Counted from the stretch's first letter, positions 1 through 8,744 are shown. The stretch is 32,000 bases of DNA from Halomicronema hongdechloris C2206 (GCF_002075285.3 NZ_CP021983.2:1410001-1442000); one strand, 5' to 3'. Program-made: numbers and translations. Notes: generated from the letters alone by a model not told the origin.

Positions 1-29
1 CTGATGAGTCTGCAGGTGTTGACGTCAGC

Positions 30-305
30 ATGTCTATGAGTCAGGGTGAAGGGGCTGATCTGCCCCAGTTGGTGCGTACGACCACGCGGTTGGAAGAGGA
101 GATTGATAAGGCGCTAAGGCATCTCTGCATGGATGAGAAGATCACCAAGGAGGTGTGGTTTGAAGCGGCGTATCAGTATCTAGCGGAGCATCCCAAGGCG
201 ATGAAGGTGGTGAATGGGATGGCGAAGGAGCGGTATCAACGGCGGAAGCGGGCAGCGGATTTAAGGAAGTTGGAGACGATGCAGAAGCGGTTAAAGGGAT
301 CGTGA
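30..305 (+). CDS. small ribbon-helix-helix-like DNA-binding protein (ParG/CopG-like), possibly 5'-truncated by the window edge
   Basis: 91-aa ORF. The segment VRTTTRLEEEIDKALRHLCMDEKITKEVWFEAAYQYL fits the strand-helix-helix pattern of plasmid ParG-type RHH proteins, and the C-tail is basic. There is no in-frame stop between nt 3 and the ATG at 30, so the frame is open to the left edge. Confidence 0.5.
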   Translation: MSMSQGEGADLPQLVRTTTRLEEEIDKALRHLCMDEKITKEVWFEAAYQYLAEHPKAMKVVNGMAKERYQRRKRAADLRKLETMQKRLKGS

Positions 306-355
306 GCTACCATCCAAGAAAATAGTTTAAAGAGTGATCTTTCTATATAACCGCA

Positions 356-3300
356 ATGCCTCTTCCTGAATCTTTTGCTGCTGGAGCCTTTGCGGCAGGA
401 ATCGCAACGAATCTTGCAAGCGATATCCTTACCCATCATGCTGCCTCGCTCGACAATTCGGTCATTGGCAAAGCCTTGAAATGGGCAGGTTTTGCTCAAC
501 CTAATTTTCAAGAAAGGCTACGGGATGCCCTGGAAAAAGCTTTGAAACTTTATTTTAGTGAGTATTCACAGAGACAGGCCTTGGGGGTCGATGAGTTTTT
601 TCAAAATTCTGTAGTGGTCGAACAGATTGGGGGGGCAATCTTGAATCGGGCTCCTTTAGATAGGGCAGCACTGCAAGATGCCTGGAAAGCATATCTGAGC
701 GCGAACCCAGTTTTGTCACTTTTGAATCAGCAGCAGAACTTTACCGCTGTAGAAATTATTGACGATTTTTTGGGTTGTTATCGGCGAGTTTTGAGAGAGC
801 AGCAGAGCATACCAGAACTAGCCATTACTTATGACCTTCTGGAGCAAAGAGAAGAGTTCATAAGAGAACTGGAGGCTAGTGAGGAGAGACTAAAAAATTA
901 TGTTTCTGAGCTTCTGAAGTACAGATCTTTAATTCAGGAAAAAGACACTTCATTTTATGGTCGAGAAATTGAAGAGAAAATCAAGGAGATTATTAATGAA
1001 TATGCTCATCAACCGTTTGCAGGGCGTTCTAATGAACAACTAGATATTGATCGATTTCTCGAAATAAATAATAAAGGAGTTTTATTGGTAACTGCACCAG
1101 CAGGATTCGGGAAATCTGCACTCTTAATAAATTGGCAGCAAAGATATCGAGAAGATTCCTACATTGTCTTTCACTGCTTCCGGTCTAATTCCGATATCGT
1201 AAGTTCGCTTCAAAATGGTTACCGACATCTTTTAAGGCAACTCCTCCATTACCACAAGCAGAGATATCGAGAGTTTCCCAAGGATGAAAGTGAGATGCGA
1301 GATCTACTTTGCGATCTTATTCAATCCGGCGCTTCTACAGGAGACCGTTTAATTATTATGATTGACGGTTTAGATGAAGCCGATAAAGTTCTGGAACCCT
1401 TTTGGGGATCATCACTACCTGACGGAGTCTACATCATTGCATCAGCTAGAGCCGATAAAAAAGATGAACCAGACTATTTAAAGAATTGGATTATAAATGC
1501 AAAAAGAATGGCGCTGGAACGTTTGCCAATCGAGGCAATTGCAGACTGGTTAAAAAGAGTTAATGAATTAGCTCCTTATGCAACAGACAACTCTTTTATC
1601 GAGACATTAGACAGAATTACTGTGGGCTTCCCTTTATATTTGAAATACCTGATAGATGATTTAAGGTTAGCGGTCATACAGAAACAAGACATCAAGCCTT
1701 TAGTGGCAAAAACTCATAAAGGATTCTCAGTTTATGTAAAAGATCAATTTAAACTTTTAGCTAAGCTTGACGAAGTTCAACAACGAGCGGAAACCCAAGA
1801 ATTATTTGTATTATTGACAGTAGCCCGAGGTCCACTCTCTGAGGATGATATTCAAGTAATCACAAGTTTGACTTCTTGGAATTTGGAAGCGCTTCCTTGG
1901 CAAATCACTCGTTGGTTCAGCATCCGTTCTGGCTTTTATAGTTTTGCCCATCCACTTTTAGCTCAAGAATTTGCGAGTGTTTTAGGCCAACAAGGCCGGA
2001 AATCGGAGCAGAGACTACTTGAATACTGTGCCAATTGGTTAAATCATTACAGCAATTATGCTTTACGACACTATACAGATCACCTGAAAGCGATGGAGCG
2101 GTGGAATGATCTATACGACCTGGCCCGCGACGAGGCTTTTGCAAGTGCTCAACAGGAATATCTTGCAGGTGAGCCTGAAGCTCCATTAAAGGTAGTCAAG
2201 ACTGCTCTACAAAGAAAAGCTGAGACGGATGATGCAGCAGGGATGGCAGAGTTCGTTCTTTTACATGCACAGCGTTGCTCAGACACAATCTTTCAAAAGT
2301 CTCCTCTGGATTTATTGCACAAGGATAATTTGGAAGGTGCGTTAAAGGTAGCAGATTTGAATGAAATCAGAGATTGTATTTTATGGTATCTGCTACTTAT
2401 CTGGGAGCTGTTAAGTCTAAATAGAATAAAAGAAGCAAATAGCGTTGCAAAACGTTTACTGACTAAAAGCCTACCTCGTTTTTCGAGGGACCATTGGCAC
2501 GAAAGGCAAAATTCTGCTTGGAAAAGTGAATATCTAATCTTTTTGCTCCAACGAATATCTCAGCTTCAAGGAAATTTATTTATTGAGCTTTGCCAGCAAC
2601 TCTTAGATAGTCAACTATATGGCCATCTGTGCAGTCGACTCATCGAGAATAACAAACAGCCATTCGTTCTAAATCTAGTAGGCAAAATATCTGCTTTTCA
2701 AGATAGAGATAAATATACCTTATGGAATTTAGTAGATAGCTATGCAGAAGCAAAAGACTTTGTCAAAGCTAGAGAATGCATAGAAAAGATGAGGGATGAA
2801 TCTACAGTCTCCTTTGCCTGGAGAAATTTATCTATTTCATATGCTCAAAATGGGATGGTCTCTGAAGCTATTGAGAGCTGTCAAAAAATCAATAAATATG
2901 ATTCCTACTTTAGAGATGCAGTTTTAGCCGAAGTGGCGTTGGCATATGCAAGACTTGACGATATTGATTCTGCTTTGAAAACTACTCAAGAGCTTGGTGA
3001 TAGACGTGCATATACACTGATTGAAATTGCCAAGATCCAATCTAGAAATCATTTTTATAAATCTTCAAGACAAATATTCAAAGATGTATTAGACATAACC
3101 AAAAACTTCGATTTAGAAAAAAAGGATCTGATTTTTTCAGAGATTGCTTTAGCGGAATCTGAAATCAGTACCCTTCCAGAGGCATTAATTTGGGTCTCGA
3201 AAATTGTTTCGGCCCAAAAAAGAGTATTTACCTTATGCAAGCTGGTAAGAGTGCAACATGCAGCGGGAGATTGTGAATCCGTCAATCATTTGATTGAAAT

Positions 3301-4708
3301 GGCAATTCATGAAGTCGCACTAATCAGTTCTCACTATGAGTTTGAGAAAGCCATCTGCACAATTGCAATTGCTCAAGTTGAATTTCAAGACTTTGAATCT
3401 GCAATGGAATCCATTAATCGAATAAACTCTAAAGACGGTCAATCTAAAATCTTGAGAGAAATCTGTCAAAGCCTTATAACATCGAAAGATTTATGTGAAG
3501 CTTTTAGAATTGCAAAGAGAATTGAAGCAAAAGATCAGAGGATACTCACATTACTTGATGTATTCGATGCATCAGAAAAGTATCAAATAATACTTGTGGA
3601 AGAGAAATCTCACTTGTCTGAGATTCTTTTTGATTCTCTACCCAAATCCCAGGAAATACAATTACAAAAGCTAACCTTAGCAAGAGTCCTAGCTCATGGA
3701 CAAAAGCTACAGGAAGCACTTTATATTACTAATCAAATAGAAGATAAAAATCAAAGAGTATTTGCGCTTGTCGGGATTGCCAGAATCCGAAAAATATATG
3801 ATAAACAAACTTATTTAAATATCTTTGACCAAGTTAGAGAGATTATTCAAGAGTCTACTGACACGAGAGAGCGTAGGTGGTTGTTGGTCAACGTGGTGCA
3901 AAACCTTTCCGAGATCGAAGAATTCTCTCTTGCACTTGAAATTGCCCATGGAAACGAAAATGAATTGGATTTACCATTTTTATTAAAGGAAATTGCACTG
4001 GCGCAAATCAATCAGTGCAGGATAGATTTTCTTTACGACGTGTTAACTGAAATCAAAGAGATTGAAAAAAGACTTCATGAGTTTTTAGGTCATTGGGAAT
4101 CAACAGAATATTTTCAAGTATTGTCTTTACTAGAGGCCAAAAGAGGGAATTTTGAAGAGGCTTTAAAGGCAGCCAAGGAAGTAAATATCATCCCTGAGAA
4201 ACATAGATTAGTAGGAAAAGTAGCTTTAGAACAAGCAAGGCTTGGGGCGCTATGGAAAGCATTTGATATTTTAGAAAAACATTACGATGAATGGTTCAAC
4301 CAAAGCTGGCTCTGGGTTAAAGCTGAATCCCTAGCAGATATTGCTGCACTAAAAGCTGAGCATGGAGAGCAGAATCTTGCACTTCAGATATTTGAAGATG
4401 CTTTCGCATTAGCAAATTCTATAAATCAGGAATTTGACCGAACGATGGGAATTGTGGGAGTGGCCAGAGCACAAATTCGTGCAGGCTTTAGCCAACAAGC
4501 AGTTGAGACTTCGAAAGAAATTCGTGTCAATCAATCGGATTATTGGTCTCGGTTGGCTTTTGCTCTTGCTGAAGCGGGGGACAAAAACAACTTTAAACAC
4601 ATGCTATTTTCTTGTGCCAACGATTTAGAAAGCGCTTATGCAATTTGTATTCATTTATCTCAACTTTATCCAGAGCAGGCTGAAGAAATCGCCAGAGTAG
4701 TAGCATAG
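356..4708 (+). CDS. NACHT-type STAND P-loop NTPase with an unassigned ~225-aa N-terminal domain and a ~850-aa C-terminal TPR-like helical repeat array (NLR-like; candidate antiphage sensor)
   Basis: Uninterrupted 1450-aa ORF. Walker A is APAGFGKS (nt 1094-1117). Walker B is LIIMIDGLDEA (nt 1346-1381), in the hhhhDGLDE form typical of NACHT. The C-terminal half consists of degenerate 35-40 aa Ala/Leu/Ile-patterned helical repeats. Hand-sampled lines give about 35-37% G+C versus 55-70% in the flanks. Confidence 0.85.
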   Translation: MPLPESFAAGAFAAGIATNLASDILTHHAASLDNSVIGKALKWAGFAQPNFQERLRDALEKALKLYFSEYSQRQALGVDEFFQNSVVVEQIGGAILNRAPLDRAALQDAWKAYLSANPVLSLLNQQQNFTAVEIIDDFLGCYRRVLREQQSIPELAITYDLLEQREEFIRELEASEERLKNYVSELLKYRSLIQEKDTSFYGREIEEKIKEIINEYAHQPFAGRSNEQLDIDRFLEINNKGVLLVTAPAGFGKSALLINWQQRYREDSYIVFHCFRSNSDIVSSLQNGYRHLLRQLLHYHKQRYREFPKDESEMRDLLCDLIQSGASTGDRLIIMIDGLDEADKVLEPFWGSSLPDGVYIIASARADKKDEPDYLKNWIINAKRMALERLPIEAIADWLKRVNELAPYATDNSFIETLDRITVGFPLYLKYLIDDLRLAVIQKQDIKPLVAKTHKGFSVYVKDQFKLLAKLDEVQQRAETQELFVLLTVARGPLSEDDIQVITSLTSWNLEALPWQITRWFSIRSGFYSFAHPLLAQEFASVLGQQGRKSEQRLLEYCANWLNHYSNYALRHYTDHLKAMERWNDLYDLARDEAFASAQQEYLAGEPEAPLKVVKTALQRKAETDDAAGMAEFVLLHAQRCSDTIFQKSPLDLLHKDNLEGALKVADLNEIRDCILWYLLLIWELLSLNRIKEANSVAKRLLTKSLPRFSRDHWHERQNSAWKSEYLIFLLQRISQLQGNLFIELCQQLLDSQLYGHLCSRLIENNKQPFVLNLVGKISAFQDRDKYTLWNLVDSYAEAKDFVKARECIEKMRDESTVSFAWRNLSISYAQNGMVSEAIESCQKINKYDSYFRDAVLAEVALAYARLDDIDSALKTTQELGDRRAYTLIEIAKIQSRNHFYKSSRQIFKDVLDITKNFDLEKKDLIFSEIALAESEISTLPEALIWVSKIVSAQKRVFTLCKLVRVQHAAGDCESVNHLIEMAIHEVALISSHYEFEKAICTIAIAQVEFQDFESAMESINRINSKDGQSKILREICQSLITSKDLCEAFRIAKRIEAKDQRILTLLDVFDASEKYQIILVEEKSHLSEILFDSLPKSQEIQLQKLTLARVLAHGQKLQEALYITNQIEDKNQRVFALVGIARIRKIYDKQTYLNIFDQVREIIQESTDTRERRWLLVNVVQNLSEIEEFSLALEIAHGNENELDLPFLLKEIALAQINQCRIDFLYDVLTEIKEIEKRLHEFLGHWESTEYFQVLSLLEAKRGNFEEALKAAKEVNIIPEKHRLVGKVALEQARLGALWKAFDILEKHYDEWFNQSWLWVKAESLADIAALKAEHGEQNLALQIFEDAFALANSINQEFDRTMGIVGVARAQIRAGFSQQAVETSKEIRVNQSDYWSRLAFALAEAGDKNNFKHMLFSCANDLESAYAICIHLSQLYPEQAEEIARVVA

Positions 4709-4732
4709 TCCTTAAATGAGTTGACTGTCCTT

Positions 4733-5335
4733 TTATTCTTCAGCCGCCAAAATTTGTTCCACAGTCAACTCCAACTCGGGAAATGTCAGACACGGCACCG
4801 TCTCCCCCTCGACATATTCCGCCTTCCGATAAACCCTATCCTCCAGCGTCAGCACAATCACCTTCTTGCCCTTCCCCCGCTGACAATACTTCGCTGGAAT
4901 CTGCCCTCGGTAGTCCACAATCCAGAACTCCGGCACCTGCAGCGCCTCATATTCCTCCTGCTTCTCCACCAGGTCCGTACTCCAGTTGCCAGAAGCAATT
5001 TCCACAATCATTCGAGGAACGCTGCGAATCCCTGGTTGCCGATCCTCCCGTCGGGTTGCAGGCCGATCAATCACCGCCACATCGGGGCGTCGGCCCCTCG
5101 TGTTGTCAATCATCAACGCATTCCGCTTTCGCACCGAGTACCGCAGCTTCATGCGCCGATACTGCAGTTCAAACATAAACGAGAGGAACTCTAAAATCTC
5201 TTCATGCCAATCATCCGGCTCCGGCATGAGCACCAGCCTCCCATCAACTAGCTCAAATTCATTGAGTTCATTGCCATCCTCAACGTCAATGAACGCATCA
5301 AACGTCAGGTCTCGCGAAACAGCCGGAATCATCAT
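4733..5335 (-). CDS. Uma2-family (DUF820) putative restriction-endonuclease-like protein
   Basis: 200-aa ORF. It has a PD-(D/E)xK-like pattern (RPDVAVI ... MIVEIASGNWSTDLVEKQEEYEALQVPEFWIVD) characteristic of the Uma2/DUF820 family that is expanded in cyanobacteria. It is convergent with the NACHT gene, with 24 nt between the stops. Confidence 0.8.
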   Translation of the reverse strand: MMIPAVSRDLTFDAFIDVEDGNELNEFELVDGRLVLMPEPDDWHEEILEFLSFMFELQYRRMKLRYSVRKRNALMIDNTRGRRPDVAVIDRPATRREDRQPGIRSVPRMIVEIASGNWSTDLVEKQEEYEALQVPEFWIVDYRGQIPAKYCQRGKGKKVIVLTLEDRVYRKAEYVEGETVPCLTFPELELTVEQILAAEE

Positions 5336-5550
5336 GGCACTTTCGATCAGTCCGTATCGGCGTCAGCTTATCAGCCAATCTGAACACCTTGGCCTACAAA
5401 GGGGCATCAATCTGTTGTCATTCTAATCCATCTTTTTTCGGCCCATAATGACCGCAGCTCAATAGGACTGTGGCTTTAGAGGCAATGATCTTAGGGTCAA
5501 GCCTGCGTCTTAGAATGAGAGGCAAGAAAATTCACTTTTCTCGGGCCGTC

Positions 5551-5820
5551 ATGCAAGTGTTTCTCACGCCAGAGCTTGAACAACTCATCCACCATCAAAT
5601 TGCCACTGGGAAATATCAATCTGCCTTAGAGGTCATCACCGCTGGCTTGCACCTGCTCGAACAACAAAACGACATCTACGAAGGGCGACTGATGGAACTT
5701 CAGCAAGATGCTCAAATCGGACAGGAGGCTGCTCAACGGGAAGAAGTTTTAGAAGGCTCCACCGCAATTAATCAAATTCGAGAAAACCTGCAACTACGCC
5801 ACGCCATATCCGAATCTTGA
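5551..5820 (+). CDS. ParD-like (COG3609-type) RHH antitoxin/regulator with no adjacent toxin gene
   Basis: MQVFLTPELEQLIHHQIATGKYQSALEVITAGLHLLEQQ matches the N-terminal pattern of ParD-family antitoxins. I prefer the ATG at 5551 over the GTG at 5470 given in the ORF track. No ParE/RelE-like ORF follows; the next 190 nt are iterons. Confidence 0.6.
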   Translation: MQVFLTPELEQLIHHQIATGKYQSALEVITAGLHLLEQQNDIYEGRLMELQQDAQIGQEAAQREEVLEGSTAINQIRENLQLRHAISES

Positions 5821-5850
5821 CGCCTTGCCCTGATTTCTCCTACCGCTTCA

Positions 5851-6081
5851 GTAGACATGGTAGACAGTGGTAGACGCTTGGTAGACAGCCAAGCTACTGC
5901 CCAACCCCCTTTATCCATAAGCTTTTAAAGCATTTCGGTAGACAAGTAGACACTTTCTAGAGGCTCCCCACAGACAAAACCTGTCTACTTGTCTACCGTT
6001 TCGCTATAACCCTTATCCATCAGTGATTTCAGCGGTAGACAGGGTGTCTACTGTGACCTCAGATCTGTCTACCGCGTCTAC
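5851..6081. repeat. iteron array: 12 copies of GTAGAC (extended consensus GGTAGACA), 7 forward and 5 inverted; putative replication origin or primase-helicase binding region
   Basis: Forward copies start at 5851, 5860, 5870, 5881, 5939, 5946 and 6035. Inverted copies (GTCTAC) start at 5983, 5991, 6046, 6067 and 6076. The first four are spaced 9-11 bp apart, about one helical turn. 6035-6051 forms the palindrome GTAGACA-GGG-TGTCTAC. Confidence 0.75.
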
Positions 6082-8406
6082 CGTTGCTCGCCACTGCAAC
6101 CGATTCCCCACCCCGCACGTCTCCCCATACCCCATTGCCTCCAGTTCTCGAAAGTGAGATCGAATCACCTCCGCACTCGCCTTCCGCAAGCTACGCTCAT
6201 AGTTGCGCACATCCTTCGCCCGCAGCCACCCTCGCACCCGCGACAACTGAATCAGCTTCGTATAAACCGCCTCCAGCGCACCGTCTACCGAGTCGCCCTC
6301 CGCATACAGCAGCTTCACCTGCCCCATAAACCATCGCGCCAGCTTGATGGCTGCCCCCATCGTCTGGGCCGATATTCTCTCTGCCGGTAGACACCCGTCC
6401 ACCGCCCCCTGCAAACAGTGCAAAATCAACGATAGCCGCCCCGTGTGGCCCTGCATCTTCGAGTAAACCGCCTGCAAACCTTGGTGCGTCTCCGTTACCC
6501 GCAGATGATCCAACTGGTCATACCACTCTGCAAACAGCGCTTTCGCCTCTGCTGTCAGCCGATAGCACTTGGGAGGAGAGTCCTCCAACTGTCGGTACAG
6601 ACCATAAAGCCTTTCCGAAAGGTCATACCGCACTGTCCGTTGGGGAAACGGGGCAGGCTTCAGCGGCAGTAAACACCACAGAAACCGTGCCCACTGCCCA
6701 TTAGTGTCAGAGAAATCGCCCATCATTTCCCGCAAGATGTCCGGCTGAATTGTGCCCGTAATGCTGAGACTGGTGCGAGGAATGCTAATGCGCATGCCAC
6801 TGGCCCGGTCCACCTTCAATCCTGAGCCATCAAAGGCCGTTAGCAGCGACTCCTTGTCGTTGCCTCGACCATTGCGGTACTGGTTCTGCCCCTTGAACAG
6901 GCCCGCCAACTCATCCGGCGTTACCAAAATGCCCCGCTCCGGCTGTTGGGATTGAATGCGGGCGATCGCTTCCCGTGTGGCATCCGAGGTGTGATATTCC
7001 CTGGGCATCGGTTTCCGAGGCCGCATTCCCCTGTCCTCAGCCTTGGCCTGCTCCCAGTCCCGCAGGTTCACCTCATACTCCGCAGCCGCATACTCATAGT
7101 CCTGATCGGCTTCTGCCTGTCGTTTCATGAGCGGCCCCAAAATCTGGCGCTGAAGGGGGCTCTTCTTACTGCCGGAGGGTGCCACCAGCCCCGTAAACAG
7201 AATCGGCGGTACAGAAAACCCCATCCCCGCATCAATTTCCAACTCCGTCCCGACCCGCAGCAGAGAAGCGGCCACTGGCAGCAGTGTTACCAACATGGCT
7301 GCAGGCGTTGCCCCGATCCAAGCCGCTATATGCTCCAATGGTGCCGCCAAATCAGGGTGCAGATATTCTCCTAACTGCAGTTGGTAATCACCAATCTTCA
7401 GGAGTTGCCGGATTTGAGCCGTGCGATCGCCCCGCTCTTCTTGCTGCTCCAAATCCGCCTGCAACGGTTTGACCAAACTCCAAATGTCTTTAACCGTGAG
7501 CTGGGTTTCCCGATGCCACTGCAAAACTCGGGCTGACAGCTCCAACTCAGAGGGATCCGCTGCCAGGTAATGACGAATCTGGTCTTGCAGTCCAGCCACA
7601 TCGAGTGTTTTGGGAACCGCTTGAACGGTTGCCAGTTCCCGCTTTGCCCCAACCGCCGCTCGAATCTGCTCAGCCGTTGCGCCCTCGGCAATCCAGTCCG
7701 CAACATCAAGCCCGCCATGCTTAGGCAGGGTTTGCCAACACAGACTCACCGGATAGGGATAGCACCACTGAGCGTCCGGAAAATCCTGGGCAATCTCTTC
7801 CATGTGAGCCATGCCGACTTGGTCGCGATCGGGGCACAGCACCAGGCGAGCCCCCTCCAAGTCCTGCGCATAGTTGCCATAACTGTGATACTTCTTGGAG
7901 CCACCCAGCGTAGTCGTTGCCGGAATGCCAATGTTCCACAACGCATCCGCGCAGCCTTCCCCCTCCACCATCCAAATGGATTGGCCCGCGGAGATCGCTC
8001 GCCTCACTTCCGCATAGCGATAAATCGGCACCTGCTTCCTAGCCGCTGGCGTCAGCCCCTTCACCCACCGTTGCCCATCCCAGTGGTACTGAACAAAGAA
8101 CTTGGTACCACTCCCGCGATCCACCCGCGTCACCTTCACCAGGGGCTGTCCCTGCCGAGTCGGATAAAAGAAGTCCTGCCGCCGCTGGGGACGAGCAGGC
8201 TTCTCTGCCCGGGCCGATGTCGAGAAATACTGTCCCCATAGACCATCAGCGGTTGCCCCGCGATAGACGTAGCCCTCAATACTGGCATCCTGATCGATAT
8301 AAGTGTGACAGAAGACCACCTCATCATTCCAGCGGCAGTCTGGGTCCTTAGTGCGATCGCAAATTGGGCAGGGGCGCGATCGCCCCGAGTAAACGTACTG
8401 TGTCAT
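6013..8406 (-). CDS. DNA primase / helicase-like replication protein (N-terminal Zn-binding cluster + Toprim + DUF3987-like domain + C-terminal winged-helix-like tail)
   Basis: 797-aa ORF. It has a Cys cluster (CPICDRTKDPDCRWNDEVVFCH), Toprim motifs (IWMVEGEGCADA and LVLCPDRDQVG) and a DUF3987-like block (YHTSDATREAIARI...VTPDELAGLFKGQN). AGGAG lies 6 nt upstream of the ATG at 8406. Confidence 0.85.
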   Translation of the reverse strand: MTQYVYSGRSRPCPICDRTKDPDCRWNDEVVFCHTYIDQDASIEGYVYRGATADGLWGQYFSTSARAEKPARPQRRQDFFYPTRQGQPLVKVTRVDRGSGTKFFVQYHWDGQRWVKGLTPAARKQVPIYRYAEVRRAISAGQSIWMVEGEGCADALWNIGIPATTTLGGSKKYHSYGNYAQDLEGARLVLCPDRDQVGMAHMEEIAQDFPDAQWCYPYPVSLCWQTLPKHGGLDVADWIAEGATAEQIRAAVGAKRELATVQAVPKTLDVAGLQDQIRHYLAADPSELELSARVLQWHRETQLTVKDIWSLVKPLQADLEQQEERGDRTAQIRQLLKIGDYQLQLGEYLHPDLAAPLEHIAAWIGATPAAMLVTLLPVAASLLRVGTELEIDAGMGFSVPPILFTGLVAPSGSKKSPLQRQILGPLMKRQAEADQDYEYAAAEYEVNLRDWEQAKAEDRGMRPRKPMPREYHTSDATREAIARIQSQQPERGILVTPDELAGLFKGQNQYRNGRGNDKESLLTAFDGSGLKVDRASGMRISIPRTSLSITGTIQPDILREMMGDFSDTNGQWARFLWCLLPLKPAPFPQRTVRYDLSERLYGLYRQLEDSPPKCYRLTAEAKALFAEWYDQLDHLRVTETHQGLQAVYSKMQGHTGRLSLILHCLQGAVDGCLPAERISAQTMGAAIKLARWFMGQVKLLYAEGDSVDGALEAVYTKLIQLSRVRGWLRAKDVRNYERSLRKASAEVIRSHFRELEAMGYGETCGVGNRLQWRATVDAVDRSEVTVDTLSTAEITDG

Positions 8407-8744
8407 TATCAGCTCCTGATTCCAGAAGCTGGGCCATCAATCTCAAGCTGCTAATTCTTGGTAAAGCAATGACCAAAGCTGCCTTTTTGTCATGGACATT
8501 TCCAGCAACTTTGCTATAGTTGGAAGCACAAGTTTTACTAGCAGGGCGATCTCTGAAGCGGTTCTGACAAACCCCTTAAAATTCTTGATTGACCCAGCTC
8601 AAATGACAAAAAGTAAAAGCGATGCACCCTGACAATCCAATGCTTAGGGTGTATTTTTTTACCCTTCTGGTTTAGCTATCTTTTTTAGAAGAGTATTCAA
8701 CTTATTGATGAATTCTCAAGAAGTTTTTTGTCCGTTTTACAACC

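Noticed and set aside
1-40. CTGATGAG at the very start of the window resembles the hammerhead ribozyme core. TGACGTCA at 20-27 is an 8-bp palindrome.
   Set aside because: No matching GAAA/CGAAAC core or helix I/III partners follow. The palindrome lies inside a frame that is open to the window edge. The match is too short to mean anything.
4721-5426. Three plus-strand ORFs (157, 131 and 146 aa) antisense to the Uma2 gene.
   Set aside because: They are Pro/Ser/Arg-rich, low-complexity translations typical of the wrong strand of a GC-rich gene. The minus-strand Uma2 ORF has clear family motifs.
6084-8327. Many 60-220-aa ORFs in other frames or on the opposite strand within the primase-helicase gene (for example 7570-8241 +, 6946-7374 +, 7398-7718 -).
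   Set aside because: All are nested in the 797-aa ORF, which has Zn-finger, Toprim and DUF3987 motifs. Their products are Arg/Pro-rich with no motifs.
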